Shown here in pieces: positions 49,801-64,000 of a stretch of 64,000 bases of DNA. How positions within the stretch are numbered: position 1 is the stretch's first letter; every line of letters starts with the position of its first letter. Below the pieces are notes generated by a model. That model saw only the letters and a list, made by a program, of their open reading frames with translations, did no database searches and was not told where the DNA came from. The translations under genes and the position numbers were made by a program. The stretch comes from Raillietiella orientalis (lineage: Eukaryota): the NCBI GenBank assembly GCA_036172245.1, contig JAYWIR010000015.1:1054001-1118000 (forward strand), written 5' to 3'.

Positions 49801-52800
49801 TTTTCAGCATTCTATTTCTTCACTTAATGAAACGCAAGATGAAAATTGCTGGAATGCACTTCTATGATAGGAGGTAAACCGGGAGTTCTTGCTTGCTTGC
49901 GTTCGACCACCGAGGCTGACGTCGAATTGAGCATTCGAGACAGCCAGATGGACCAAGGAAGGAATGTAATCCCACAGGAAACTTTTCAGAATCTCTCTCG
50001 AGCGAGAAAGATAGCTAATCCAAATTACGGTCGTTGCCAAGGGAAACTTTCATCAACCGGATGACCATACCGAGTTCCAGCTCACTCAAATAGTGCGAGA
50101 ATTCTGATCGCGTTGCCCCTTGGCAAAACAACTGACGCAATGCAACGAAAAAGACGGCTTGGTAGTGTTGCATACGTGGAAGAACAGCGCACGTATATTA
50201 GGAAACACAAGCAGCGATCAGCAAGCAGGAGATTCGCGAATTAAAAAGCTCAATTCAAAAAAGGGGAAGAGTCAGGGGCAAAGAGGATGCCACAGGAGAA
50301 ACTACGCGGAAACTAACGGAGAAATCATTTTGCATCAGAGAGGGAGAGGCTGGGATTCTGCTCTCCTCAGTCGGAAATTCAGGTTGTTAGATGCTTCCAG
50401 AACGAATCGTGGAAACTGGATGACAGCATCAAAATCACGAGAATGATAACAAAGTCCTCAAATCAAGAACATCAGATAAGAGAATTCCAGTCGTGGGGAA
50501 AACGAACTCTATGCAACGAAACAACGTAGCAGATCTTAGGGAAAGCAAACAACGTATATCCCCCAGAAAAATTTTCGATTGGGGTAGGAAACCCTTGAAA
50601 TCCTGAGAGCTTTCGAAAGTTTTCATGAGCAATGATCAAATAACACAAGGATCGTTTTGGACCCTTTGTTCTCCTCTGATGTTCTGTAGCTGCTAGAAAC
50701 AGAATATCAGCCTTGTCTCGATGTCATTTTTACCAAGGACTTTTACCAAGAAGTTTGGCAGCAGGCTACAGAAAATGAATTGTGACTGAACTTTCATTCC
50801 TTTTCTGTGTTGCAAAATCATGATCCGCATTGAGGGAGGGGTCAGGTCAATATTTTTGTCAACAGTTACCTTCCTTTGGATATCTCAAGTAATGGTTCTT
50901 GTCCGCGATCTCCATCGAAGCTCTTCGCTGCTATCAGTTCCTAGAAACGAAAACAGGTATAACGGTTGTCGCCTCCTTTTCCCACTCTCTCACTAACGTA
51001 ACGGATGCATGAAGATCGTTACGTGATGAAACATTTATCAGTGGCAATCATACGAAAGTGCTCAACCCTCCAAACAGTGGTACAGATAAAAAAAAAAAAA
51101 ACTCTCCACCTATCGTCCGATGATGGGTTAGAAGTCATACCGCACGATTCATTTTGCTGAACTCATTCAAATGATAATTAGTAATAAAGTTCGAAATATT
51201 AGATAAAATCGCTGCATGAAAGCGGTCCTTCTGATTTTTTCCGGTGTCACCGAAATACGGAATCCTTCCACATGATGACTGTTTTAGAACTGCTGCTTGA
51301 AGATGACGCATCTCTGCATGCTGATCTACTAGCCGACGAGGAGCCATTCAAATAAAGAAGGCACAAGCTAGCAAAAGTGTGAGACAGATGTTTTCAAGCA
51401 GATGTTTCTCGAGATGGGGTTTGGTAGAAGGTGATCACTGATCATTGATCTTTATAACACCCACAGCATGCCTTCTCTGAAATAGAATCCAGCGAAAAGA
51501 TGGAAAGAATCCTAATTCACCGAAACACCTCCTCAGACGCAGGGAAATCGAACCTTTCGGGTATTCTCTCTTCCGGTGGCAAATTGATTGTAGGCAGCAG
51601 AGATCCTGCATATTAGGGATGAGATGATGTAAGGGGATATTCAGTGCAAGTAAAGTTCCACAACATTCGAAACACTAGTCATTCTTCGACGCCATCACCC
51701 TTGAAAAGTCCCAAAAGGCCAAAATCGAGGCTTCTCTTGAAATTGAAAATTCAGCTCGCACTTTGCGCCAAACACCCGTAGAATGATTTCTGCCTGCGTG
51801 ATATCGGGGGGAAGATACGAAGCGAAGCGCAATCCTCAGGAATGGGAGCTTTTTCTCCGTTTGAAACGAATTCAGATGAAATGCTGATTCGCTGCCAGAT
51901 AAAACTGCAACAAAACACCTACACTTGACCTCGAGTTTAGCATTAGATGGCTGGAAAAATCGAAATTCCAAGTGCGATTTCATTCCAAAAATCATGCCCG
52001 TGGTTGTTCCGTAGAATTTAGAAAGCGCATTGCAATGATGGAATTTTCCTATTAATGTTTATAGGGACGGAAGCAGCCAAACACGAATAGCGACCTACAG
52101 GAAAACTCGTGGGCAGAAAGGTTTCTCTAATCTTGCTGCATGATGCAAGAGGGAATGAAAGAATTGTATAAAGGCTGAAAATGATAATAGGTCCTGAATT
52201 CCACTTTCAAAGGCACGCATGATGAGTGATAAACGGCAGGAAATGATAAGTGACAGGGAATTCATTAAATAAGAAGCAAAAAGAAATTTCCCATGTTCAA
52301 AGAAACTTTTGCATTTGCTGCAAGGGATAATTCTTTACTAAAAGCATGGTGGTGCCCACACTGCTGCTAAGCATCCGGAATGACAATCCCCATTCATTAA
52401 ACTTCATGCAATGGTGACTTAGAACCAGAACCATGTCAACTTTAAGTTGGGACTTCCCGAAAGGAAAATGGGCATGACTGACAGAAGTATAAAAAGTTGC
52501 ATCACAGTCATCGATGTCCGCACATAAGCTCATCCTATCTTTGACGAGTCCAAAACGAACTTGAGGAATGTGAAGCAGGATGGATCGTCTATACGAATTT
52601 CCAGAAGAAAGTGAAGAGGATGCAGGAATAAGGAAGGCATCTGGGATACACAAAAACTGTTTGGGAAATCTACCGACGCCACACACTTGACAAACCTGCG
52701 TAGGGGCTTCTGCACTCACAAAAAGTTTCATAGACAAATGGCCATTTCCTTCATCAGCAAGTTTTAATTGCTCATGGAGTGGCATGGAATTATGAGCGCA

Positions 52801-55800
52801 AGCAGACTGACAAAAGCCGCATGAAAGATAAGGAGAGGGAATCTGATGAGCTTTCCATAGATGGGTTGCTCCTTGATCATCAATTGTAGCAGTATAAGGA
52901 TGATTGCAAACGAGGTCGGGGAAACAAAAGAATCAGCAGCTTTTTTTTTAAGCTCAGTCTTTGGCATCAAGAAATAATGCTAAAAAATCAAAATGGGGGT
53001 TTCGCTTGCACTTCGGAATGGAGATAAGTATGCTCGTTTGACCTGTTGAAAACGGAATTCAGCAGCTATTAGGCAGTCTTCTCATTCTCAGCCTTTATGA
53101 ATCCACACAGGATTCGCCTTCTTCCTTAAGATAGCATCTCTTCCACTATTACTCTGTTCTCTTGTCTGCACAATTAGCTTGCACGATTCAATCTCGTTCC
53201 ACCATGCTGGAAGCTTTCCCTTCATCTTCGAATCGGTACTTTCTGTATACGTTCCCAGAACTTTTGCACTTTTCCCTGATCATCGGATCATGCGTGGAAT
53301 TGCATATGATTCCCGGAGATGATTCCGTATGGCAGCTTTGATCAAGCTTTGTTACTTCCCGATAAATCTTCCAAAGAAAAAAAATGATGATTTAGGGGAT
53401 TTAATAGCAAGTATCTCTAAAACTCACTCTCATGGAAACGGATCTAAGTTTAAAACAAATGGTGAGCAACGGCATTCGCCAATAGCAGTATTTTGCAATG
53501 TAAGTTCAGCACATTCCCTAAAAAGGCAGTTTTTCCAAGATGCCTTTCCAAAAGCATTTTTAAACTACGGAATGTTGGACGCAAGAAGACCGGAAAGGAT
53601 CACGTTCGTGGAGTAAAAAATCTGTAAGTGTTCTTCACGAAGGGAAATTTCGCTTTCTGCTTCCCAATGCTAAGCCTCGAATCGCTATGATCAACAGATA
53701 AACCGATGCACCCTTTTCCTCGACTTTGTTTTCTCCCGGTTGGAGTGAAGTTGCATTCCTCTTTAGAAAACATCAGAGCTTCGTCCTGAAAGCACTGCCA
53801 CGATGGCGAACTGAAAAATTCGGTCCGTTTCCTAGGCACCCCACGCTTTAAGCTTCAGAGTCTGTCCTCAATGTATGCACGTGATTTCGAATGCCCTGCT
53901 ATTCCATTGCTACTGAAGCTGCAGCTGCATCCATGGTATCCGGCTAGACAAAGAAATCCACTGCTGCAAGTCTCCAGCACAATGCTCAGTGTTGTTTTCG
54001 TGCCTCTTGGAAAGGGAAACGCTCTGGACCTTCCGCCGAACAGTCTTTAGTATCTAAATCAGACTTGTTGCTAGGATGAAGAAAAATAGCAAGAAATGGA
54101 AAAGAAACTACAGGGGGGAAATACAGGAATTTCGGCAATGGTTGTAAACAAACTGCAAAAGGTAACTGTCCTTGGCAGTCTCCCAGTTCACTTGAATGCT
54201 GCAAAGCCTCCAACCAAAGTACTTTCGCACGGCAGTGTTTATAAAGTTTTTTTTTTTTTTTTCCCTTCAATGCACACAAGTAGACTGTTTTGCCAGGTGA
54301 TTCAGAGTTTTGCTGAATTGGACATAAAGAAAATAAAGGAAAATACTGTCTTCCCAAAGCATCTTCAGTTTGTTGGCAGATGTTGAACTTAGTTCCGGGC
54401 TCAAGTTTCGTGTTTCCTCGAAAGCAGCTTCCCGAAGAGCATTGATAACTTCCGATGTAAGTTCTTACTTTTGACAGTTTGAACAGCAATTCACTGAAAC
54501 TGGAGGGAACACGAGGGGCACACAACAACTCTTAGTGTGCACGAAATTTCTGCAACATAAACGGAAAGAGTTCACCTCAAAATGGTCACGAAAAGACACA
54601 CAGTTAAAGAAGGTGGTTCTGAATGCCTTAATCGGCAGAAGCGAATAAAGTATCTCCTGTCTCTTGCATCTGCTTTGCTGTAGTGTCGCAGGAAGAGTAA
54701 GCTTAGGTCTCTCGAAACAGAATCCCCTGGCACCTCCGATGGTCTCAGCACATGCTCAGGGACACGTTCTCGAGGAATTCTAGTTTCCTTTCTTCAGGCG
54801 CTTGCCATGCTGATTTTTTCCTTGATTTCTCTTTGTCGAATTCACTAAGGATTGGCATCGTTAATCGGAAACCTAGGTCACGAAGATTAATTTTGGTTTT
54901 AGAAGACTCTAGGCTAAGACATGACACTGCACTCTGACTACGGATCTTGTGGGTCGAAATTTTCTTTTCAGGGGTTTCCTTTAAGGATGAAAATCACTGG
55001 AGTTTTAACCAGAGATTCAGCCCTTGGGTGTAGAATTTTACTAGTGCCGTGTATGTGGGTGGGTTAAGACGCATTTCTCTATGCGTGTGCAAAGAGCGCA
55101 GCATCCCATAGGCACTGCAGACCACTCACAGCGTACGGAGAATCATCTAATCCTTTCCGATTTATTGCAAATTTCATTAGGATTTCTGCTTTCTGATGCT
55201 CGCTGTCTGAATTTCATTTCCAAAGATGTAAATATTACATAAAATGCCAATTTTAAATACCATAAGATGAAATTATTCTGCACTTTAAGTATCTTTTACT
55301 ATCCCATAATTTAACTCACTACATTTCAGTATCATATTATGGCCTCGCCAGCCGAAAACTGGTTTTCTCCCTAAAGGAGATGGAATATGATAGCGCTCTG
55401 ACACACAGCCCGGTCCAGATGGATGACTCCAGCCCTAAAGCAGCGTTCACATGACCACAGAAGACGATCGATTCGTGACGTTCGAATACACCTGCACACC
55501 CGGAACACCCGCGTTCGTTCGTCCCTGTTCGGCAGAGGGATGAAATTGTAGGTTTGGGGTTCCAAACACGTCCATGGAAGCGCACATCATTTCACGAGAT
55601 AGAAAAGACAGTAGTAAGAAGAAGAAAAATGTACATATCCAAACTTCAAACAAGATTAGAAATCTACCTCCGTGACCACATGCATTTAGCAGGCTGGCAA
55701 TCTCCCTTTTTTCTCCATGTTTGCCTCTCGAACTGCTACACGCCACGGGATCTTAATAGGAGCGCATGCTCCCACTATAGATACACACACCAGTTCGGTG

Positions 55801-58154
55801 ATGTTGGTTGTACCTTTTCTTCCCATCTATCAAATGAATTTTTTTTGTTTCTTGGTTTGGGCTATGTGATTTTCGCATCCAGATGAATATTCCAGCAAGA
55901 CCAAAATTTCGTGAGGGGTGGCACACGATGGTATGAACTGCGAATATTCAACACTTTCAGAAAGCTGAGGAATGTTTTTCCTAAATTATCCTATTAGAAG
56001 CATTAAAATTGGTTTGCTTCCAGTGCCAGGTTACCGCAAGGCTTTGCCAATTTCCTGAGTTCCTTTTAGAACACAACCAAGGACTTTATAGACTCAAAAC
56101 TGGAGGACTGGCTCAAGCTAAGGAGGCAATAAAATTATCTGAGCTTCACTTGACTTCTCACTGCGCATTTGCTTTATTATGAAGAAAAAGTACACTACAA
56201 AAGTTTGTAGTAAAGCAAGAAAATCAGGGAGAGAGAATACTTTCAGAATCTTAATTCTCATCGTCCCGATAGTGGTGGCTTTGACGTTTTGCAAATGAAA
56301 TCGCAGGGTTTTTCTTAACATTATGCAAGTACTAGAGATCGGGAGAGCATCTTGTTCCGACGCAGGAACGGAGAGGAAACCGCAAGCCTCTGCTGGCTAA
56401 CGAAGAGACATAAACTGAGTTCTCAGCTACTTTCCTTGGACTTTTCTTCCTTGCCCAAAGGAAACCTCTCGAGTGGAATCTAAGAGCGAAACTTCTTATG
56501 AGTGTAGGGCCAACGAAAGGTGTCATTTCTTTGAATTATCTCCTTCCTTCTTTGCTTTGGACCACAGTCGTCCATGTGTTTTATCATTCTGACAATACTT
56601 TGAAGGTTAAACGGAAAGTGAAATCTCTGATAGGTGAACAAAACTTAAATGCCAGAGGTCACAGAAATCTCGAGAAAGCACGCAACCGTCTCCACAATTT
56701 ATACTCAAAGAGGTTTATGGTTCCCTAATTAAGCGCTTCGTGAGATACGAATAAAACAAGGAAACTGCAGAAATTCAACAGATAAAAGCAGAAGCAGCAG
56801 ACAAGCTTCCCCCAGTATCCTTTCTTGATTAGGAGGGCCAATGAGACATCAGTTCCAGATGCTTTCCTGCAAAAGGACTTGAGATGCGTGAACCCAACTG
56901 GGATTTCCTTAAAGATTCTTTTCGCGAAGAAACCAAACATGAATCGGAAAACCATAGCAGCAACTATTTCATGCGCTAAGCACTGGATGGGGTTAATTTA
57001 CCGTAAGCAGGCATGCACCCCAATTGATGCCTTTAATGTAACACTAATGACATTTGGATCTTTGCAATGTTGCATCGAAGATATGGAAGTATCCAGAAAA
57101 GCAAGGCACGCCAGAAATCAGCAATAGAAAATGGAAAGCCGGCTACAGACCTGAATTAGAGACTAAATCAATTTCTACAAATCATCAACATTCAAAATGG
57201 CTTCTCACAACATCTGCAGTGCACAGCACCAATCCATATGGTATCTGTGCAAGGAAGCCGAACTCCTTCAGATATGAGAATTCACACATTAGAGATCCTG
57301 AATACTGCAAACTCTCTGTGACCAAGGGACATCCACAATACAGCCGTCAAGTTCCCGGAGCCACTTCAGTGTTTAGATTGTGTGCCGGGAAAGCCACCTG
57401 TGTTTAAAAACGTATCGTTTGCCCGTAAGGCTAATCTCCATAGGGCACGCACTGCATCGAAGCTTCAGGAAGTGCAAGCAGACAGTTTCGAAAGTTTCCC
57501 ATCCAGGAAATGAAAGCATTTCAGTAATGAAGGAATTCCATTACCCAGGACGTTACTGCCCTAGGTAGCGGAGTCGTGAAAACGAGAAAAGAGAGCTTGG
57601 TTCACGGTGCAGGTGGCATTTTCTGCAGCCTCCTAGAACTTGGAAGCATAGGTCCTAAAGAAACCTGAGGGTGATCGAGGACCACAATGGTAAATTCGTC
57701 TGAAAGAGTTGGTAAACTATTCCGTTAACAGTTCTTAACTAGTTGATGACTTGGTAGCTACTCCGCACTCTCACAGAGAACAGTAAGGATCAGCGACAAA
57801 TCGGAATTACATGCTTTCGTAAGACAACTTGTAATTGGAACCTTCAGAACGGAATGCCGGATAGGAAAGATTGAAGAAAGAGTTGTGCTGACTTGGGCCG
57901 TACAAGAAGTTACAGAAGCATGCGCATAGCGGTCCATGCTACGAGTGCTGAAGGAAGAAATGTGGATGTTAGACTTAAGCCAAAAAAAAAAGTCAAAATG
58001 CCTACTCAACGTGTTCATCGGTGTAACACTAAACAAACACATGCGAGAAACTCAAGAGTGTCAACCATTACCAAGATATGATTCCTTCAGAATTTCCGAC
58101 TATCCGTTTCTATGCGAACATTGCGGTAAGCCTGATGCATTCGGAAATACTCAC

Positions 58155-59021
58155 AGCGTTGCTGCGCTGAGGAGGAGTGCACTCGTGATTTCGGAAACTG
58201 ATAGTTCGTATCGAAGAAGCACGAGATCTTCTGGATCTTCGTAGATAATGAAAATACTGATGCGTCTTGCCGTTGTGCTTCCAACCTCTGTAAAGCTTGT
58301 AATGCTTGGATTTGCGAGAGAGATTCCGGAGACTCTCCGCGAGATATTCAGCCACACTCAACCATTTCTTCTCTTTCGTCGGCAAGCCATGATGTGTTCT
58401 TCCATATTCGTGGAGGCTGGAATCGTCTCTGGAAGGTTTGTTCCGAGACTTTTGTGTCACCTTTTCCAAAAATCCTTCACTCTTCTTCGGAAAGAATCTA
58501 ATGCGCGCTTTGGGAATGGATGACAAATCGACTTCAGGGAAGGTGGCTATGACTGTGCTAATCCCGGAATCTCCCGAGGAGGAATGAAAACCGGAGGATC
58601 CAAATGATCTGCTTTTTGATGGAAGGTCCTTGGCAGTTCGCAGAGACCTACTTTTGGAAAATTTCTCTCCGTAGGTCTTCCACCCATGGAGAAAGCGAGA
58701 GTGTCTACGAATGGTCAGTTTCCTAGCAAACGTTGGCGGATAGCTACTGGGTGCAGGCCCGTCATTATCTTCGCATCCATCTACAAAGAGCGAGGGACAA
58801 AAACTGCCTTCTGGCTCTTTCCTGGATACGTGAGCCTCATCTGGAACACTTCCGCCACCACAAGACACATCCGCTTCTTCATGGAGAATTTTCTCCAGCA
58901 CCATCACATAGGTAGCCGTTCGGAAGTGGGTGTACCTTGCATTCAGCAGGGTCGCAGAATTGGGGGGCGATTCGCGAGCTGCCTGTGACTTCTCGGAGAA
59001 GACAGTGTCCATCACCAACAT
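58155..59021 (-). CDS. Candidate first coding exon of an unidentified gene (289 codons, basic and Ser-rich)
   Basis: 303-codon ORF with an in-frame stop just before the ATG and a consensus phase-0 GTGAGT donor at 58154-58149. No recognisable domain. Confidence 0.45.
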
Positions 59022-60229
59022 CCGTTAGAACAAACCGCAAAAAACGGAGGGAGGGAGCAGAGTTTCGAGCACGCTTGCTCGCACTGCTGAACTATCCCAC
59101 TAAACCACCACATATCTCTTCACCAGAAAATCAGTGTCCGGTCAAAGGAAGGGAAACACCAAAATTTAAAAAAAAGGTCATGTGTCGATTTCGCCCGATG
59201 TTTTGCAATCATTTCGGAACGTGCGGTCTTGCCGAGCTGGTGAGTCGATTTCAGTACAGATACTCGGGCGAGGCGCGCATACACACACACGCTCAAAAAA
59301 AAAAAAAAAAAAAAAAAAGAAACCCTGATAAACCCAAGACGCATGCGTGTTGCAGCCGAGCAGGATTGCTCCGCATTCTTCCGGAATTCCAGAAAGGATC
59401 CAGCAGAGAATGTCGACGACACTGATCAAAAGTACTGCGCGCGCCTAGCTCCAGTACTCTGTTCCGATCTCTTCTTATTCCTCCTCCGTTTCCCCGTGCG
59501 AAGCCATGGAAATCCTCTGTTTCCGCTCCGTGTTAGAATGGGAAACTCCTGCCGACGCACAGTGCCGAATTGCGCAAGATCCTGTGGTGGCACAGAGTTC
59601 CGTTTGCAGTCGGCACACACGACCTGTTTATCTTATCTTCAGTGGATGCAGTCGTCGTGAAACGCGTCGATGGTCGAGAAAGGGGAAATTAAATGCGATG
59701 ATGACGTCACGCGGGCAGCTCCACGTAGGAGGCGGTTTCTCAGGAAACGCACAGCGCAAGTTCGTTCCGCTCGTATCCAAAGGAAAAGAACGACGCTGCC
59801 CTGCAGCATCACTACGGGAACACGAAAGCAGCACCGACCACATATTCACGCGACACGACACCGCCCCCCTCCCTACTTCGCATCCGGATCTATCCGTAGT
59901 GGCTGTAGCTAAGGAGAGGTCTTCCGTCAATGGAACAGTTTGTCACTTCCGATTTGAACCCTGCGCGCGTCCAGCTCCCTCAAATGCTCCGTTCCTCCTT
60001 TCCGAACTCCGGTTTTTCTCCTCCTTTCTTTCCCCTCCTCCCATCTTGCGTGTAGATCGAGTGATCGAGCAAGGACGGATGTATCAGAATGACTATTTAT
60101 CTCTCTGCCTTCCCGTCTGCCTCAGAACCAGTCTGTTTTACGAACGACTTCATTAGCGCATCCAGGAAAGAAGGACGATGCAGTCTCTCGCACGTTAGGC
60201 GCGATAGCCTCCTCGGACTTCTTGACAAA

Positions 60230-60252
60230 TGGTGGTGGTGGTGGTGGTGGTG
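60230..60252. repeat. (TGG)n microsatellite
   Basis: About 7-8 tandem TGG units. Confidence 0.9.
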
Positions 60253-63200
60253 GCTGTCGTAGCACGCGATGGTCTCAAGAGTGTGGGAGAAGAAAGGAGG
60301 AGGGAGCGAAGGAGAGGAGTCAGGAATGCGCTTATCACTCTCGTGATGGATTTTATTGCATCTGAGGTCGGTTGTCGTTGCCAAGAAACAAAAAAAAAAA
60401 AAATATCAAAGAAAAAAAGGGAACGAGAAATCCGCTGCACCTTCTGAGTCGATTGATCGGAGACATCTTTTCCTCTCGTCAGTGGATCTGCCGGCATCCT
60501 AGCCGGGATGCCCTCTCAACCCAATCCCCGCCGAATCGCCATAGCGAGGAAACCCTGTCGTCGCTCTCGTTGCCGTTCCTCCATTCTGCACGTGCCTCCC
60601 ACGCTTCCTTCGAGCTGGGGCTTCTCCAGCTTCAGGAACAGGGGAAAAGAAAGGAAGAGGAAAAATAAAAAAACAAGCGGAGAGCAGGAAGGAGCGCGCA
60701 ACGAGGCGCATGCGGAAAGACGACGGCATTGCCTACAGAAAATCTGCACCGCGGCTGAACGCGCGCATGTGTTCAGGTAGAGATCGCAAGAGAAAACCCG
60801 GGAATTGTTCGTTACCGAGCTGCGTAGCGGGGGACCGTTCCCATGGATCCAGTCCCTTTCGGACGCTGGATCTGCCCTTGCTCGGCAGGATGCTGCGTTT
60901 CCCCGAATTGCGGTTTTTTCTCCCTGCCAAACGCAGGATCGGGAAGAAACTGTCCCTTCTGGATACCGGCGCGAGGACGAGACTCGCATGGGGGAAGCAG
61001 GACGCGGATTAGGAGAGGAACGAGGGAGCCTGGCATCCTCTCCAAGATCGTGAAGCCTCTCCCTCCACCTATGGATGTCGTCCGACAAGGACGAAAAGAC
61101 AGGAAAGGAGACAGAGACTTCTCTCGGGACGCGTCCCCTCATTCCCTAGTTGTTTTGCTCCTCTCGTCTCCAGTGAAGCTGAGAGAAAGGGAGAGCTGGA
61201 AAGGGGTGAAGGGAGGAAGAAGGGACCGAAAAGACGCGGTGCGCACGATCTCCTATAGGTAGTCCCGGAGGATCTTGCGGAAAACGGAATGCCTCCCTTT
61301 GTCGAGTTCCCTAGCGTTTTGAAAAAGGGGACAGGAACCTTTCGGGAAATGACAATCTAAACACTCAAGATGCGTCGTCTGTAGGAAACTTTCCAGGTAT
61401 GGTGCTGGGAATCTGTCACCGGACTCCAGAAACTACTCGCTGAGCACCCTTCGCACCTCCAGGAGGCGGGTGCGGGGATGCACGTGTGCGCCTGCTGTCT
61501 CCCCTGCGCGAGACGGGAGGCGTTGCTGCTGTGATGGGACTTCCTTTTGGGAATCCGTCCGACAGAGATAAAGGACGCGAACCGTAAATAGAACCGGGGC
61601 GTTTCCACGAGATCTCCGAGCAGCGGCGGCAGAGCTTCTTCCTCCTCCTCTTCCTCCCTCCTACTCTCGTCATGCCCCGACGGCTGCTTCGGAACAAACG
61701 CGTCGCCGCGTGATCCTCCCAGGAAGCCTCCACTCGCCGCGACAATAGGTTGGGATCTCTCGGAGAAGCGGACAAAAAGAGAGAGAAAAGGGGAGAAATA
61801 TGTATTCCAGTAGGTGGGTGTTCTGCATGCAAACTCGCTCAGGGAAGACGGGAGTAGCGCGCGTTCGTGACCGCAGCGACCAGCATAGCCGGCCGGATGC
61901 TGCGTTTCCGCTTGCTGCCTGCCTGCGGCTCAGCCCCTGAGAGTCACGCGCATCAACAGTCGCGAGTGCGCGTGCGCGGAGTGAGCACCTGGCTAGCGAG
62001 CAGACGGCGTTGAGGAAAGATGCAGGGGGGAGAGTCCTGCTCCGCCAGAGGAGCCGCTTCCTGAATCCTAGAGTCACAAGATACTCCTTCTTCCTTCTCT
62101 TTCTTCATCACTGCTTCTCCCCGAGGACTTCGTGAGAGAAAGAGGGACAGAGGATCAGAAGTCATAGGGGAGAGAGGTCAAGATGCTTCCCCGCTTCCCC
62201 GGGTTTCTTTCAGAGGCATGCGCTGGCTATGCTGGCGCATGCCTCCGAAAGGGTGGGCACTACAGGAGCCCTCCAGCTGCAGAGATGGAGAGCTGTAGCC
62301 CTTCAAGATGGGAGAGGGGGGGCTGCAGTCCGGAGTGTTCCTCCTTGGGCCGGGAAGTTCTAGTCAACCAGAATTTCGCAGATGCAGCTCCGGTTGAGAG
62401 GACCACCGAGGCACCCCTCCTCCCTCGCTTGTCCTCTCTGCCACTTCGCTTCCTCAATAACTCACAATGGTCCGACTGCCTTGTTTCTTGTCTCTTGAGT
62501 GGAGTGGGTGAATGGACTAGGAGGAATGGAGCGCTCCTGGCCCATTCCTGGTCTCGCTTCATCAGGAGAAAGAGGGAGGTCCAAGCTACCAAGTTACGAG
62601 GACAGGAGCACACTCGTCCGCCGCAGCGCCATCTACCCACAGTCTCGGACACTATCACAGGTGCGCGAGGGCGGCACGCCCGGTTTTGTTTCTCTTGCCC
62701 GACCAAGGAGAAAACGGTGAAAAGAGGGATCACTACTGGACGAGTCCGACAGGACGAACGATCTTGCAGAAATTACGTAGAAGGCTCTCCCCACACGTGT
62801 GTCCAGAGGCACTGTGAGTTAAGGAAACGTGTAGACCCTCTCCGAGTGACGCGAAGTTCTTCCCGCAACCAGCAGCGCGAGGTTGCTACCGAAACGAGCG
62901 CTGGCGTAGGCGCAGCGATGGCGTTGTCGCCCGAGGTCGCGACCCATACAGGCAGTTCGAGGGAAGCAGCCGGAGGCGAAGACCCCGCAGATCGTGAACG
63001 GGACGAGCTCCGAAAGCACCCGCGCGCGCTGTTCCGACCCGGAAAGCTCGCACGGGGTGCGAAGCGACGTGGGATGACCATGCTCCTCCTCCTCCTCCTC
63101 CTATTCTCTTGTACCCCCCACCTGTTTCCCTTACGAGACTGGACGTCCTTCGAGAGCCAACATGCGCACGAGGAAAAAGGAGGAGCCTCGTTGTTTGCGG

Positions 63201-64000
63201 CCGAAAGCGCCCTTCTGCAGGAAGCGGCGCAACGTCCGAGGCGAACGCACCGAGCCCGCCCAGGGTGGGCAGTGTCCGCAGTGTGTGGAAGCGCTTCGTG
63301 GAAGAGTCGCCGCCGGCAGAGCAAGAGATGGCGGCGGCGGCGGCGAAAAGACAGGAGAGATTCAAAAAGCAGCAGCCTCTCAGCGTGCGAGCACAGCAGG
63401 AGGAAATTCCTGCACGTTCCGACGGAAAAACTTTCACTTCTTTTATTAACAGCAAGCAGCAGCAGGAAAACATTATCATGATGATGATGATTTAAAATGA
63501 ATGCTCCAGATGTGGAAGCAGGAAACGGAAAAAATTTGCCGCTGTCACATCGCAGGAACGCACGGGGAGGCGACATGAGCTTTCCAGCGAACTCCAAGAA
63601 ACCGTCCTTTCCAGTTTTCGCTTGCGGGGGGGAAGGAAAAAGAATGGGGACATTCTCTGGCAGGACTTGCAGGATTCTCCCGTTCGCTGCTAGCCAGCGC
63701 ATGCCCCGAGAAGACGGCTCCCTCTCACGTTCCCCCCTCCCCTTCTTCCTCCCTCCCCTGTCCGCTCCTGCGCATCACTTGCTCCGGAAGCCACATTCTT
63801 GCTCATTATGATCCCTACACCCTTCGGCTTCCACGACTAGCCCTAGCACACCTTCTCCTTGCCGGCGGGAGGCAGACCCTTCTCTTTCGTCCCCGTGGAT
63901 TCCTCGGTCTGGAGCGCCGTCCTTGGCCACAGAGTCTGGAGATACAAGGGGACCCGAGAGGCACCTTTGTCCCCTAGACAGGGAAAATGAAAGGTTTGCA

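Noticed and set aside
62183..63702. 432-aa (+) and 309-aa (-) ORFs
   Set aside because: GC-rich, microsatellite-laden, overlapping antisense frames with no domain; best explained by stop-codon scarcity.

Overview
Eukaryotic, intron-rich metazoan (probably invertebrate) genomic DNA; no prokaryotic-type system, CRISPR array or intact RNA gene is visible, and most short ORFs in the track look spurious. Well supported: (1) a 3.67-kb 5'-truncated L1/Tx1-clade non-LTR retrotransposon on the minus strand (10784-14451; APE endonuclease, RT, CCHC; two frameshifts), flanked by a 9-bp target-site duplication AGAAGGTGT. Its 5' junction carries a 16-bp inverted copy of the flanking DNA, and it splits a ~220-codon plus-strand reading frame. 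A ~96% identical fragment of the same family lies at 1-320. (2) A degenerate 18S rRNA fragment (~7663-7949). (3) Two back-to-back mariner transposase relics (27858-28438). (4) A four-exon GKAP-domain (DLGAP/vulcan-like) gene of ~804 aa on the minus strand (38215-43803) within an AT-rich block. (5) Several local duplications, one of them mosaic and inverted. Other exon-like pieces exist, but I cannot assign products to them. All counts and alignments were done by eye.
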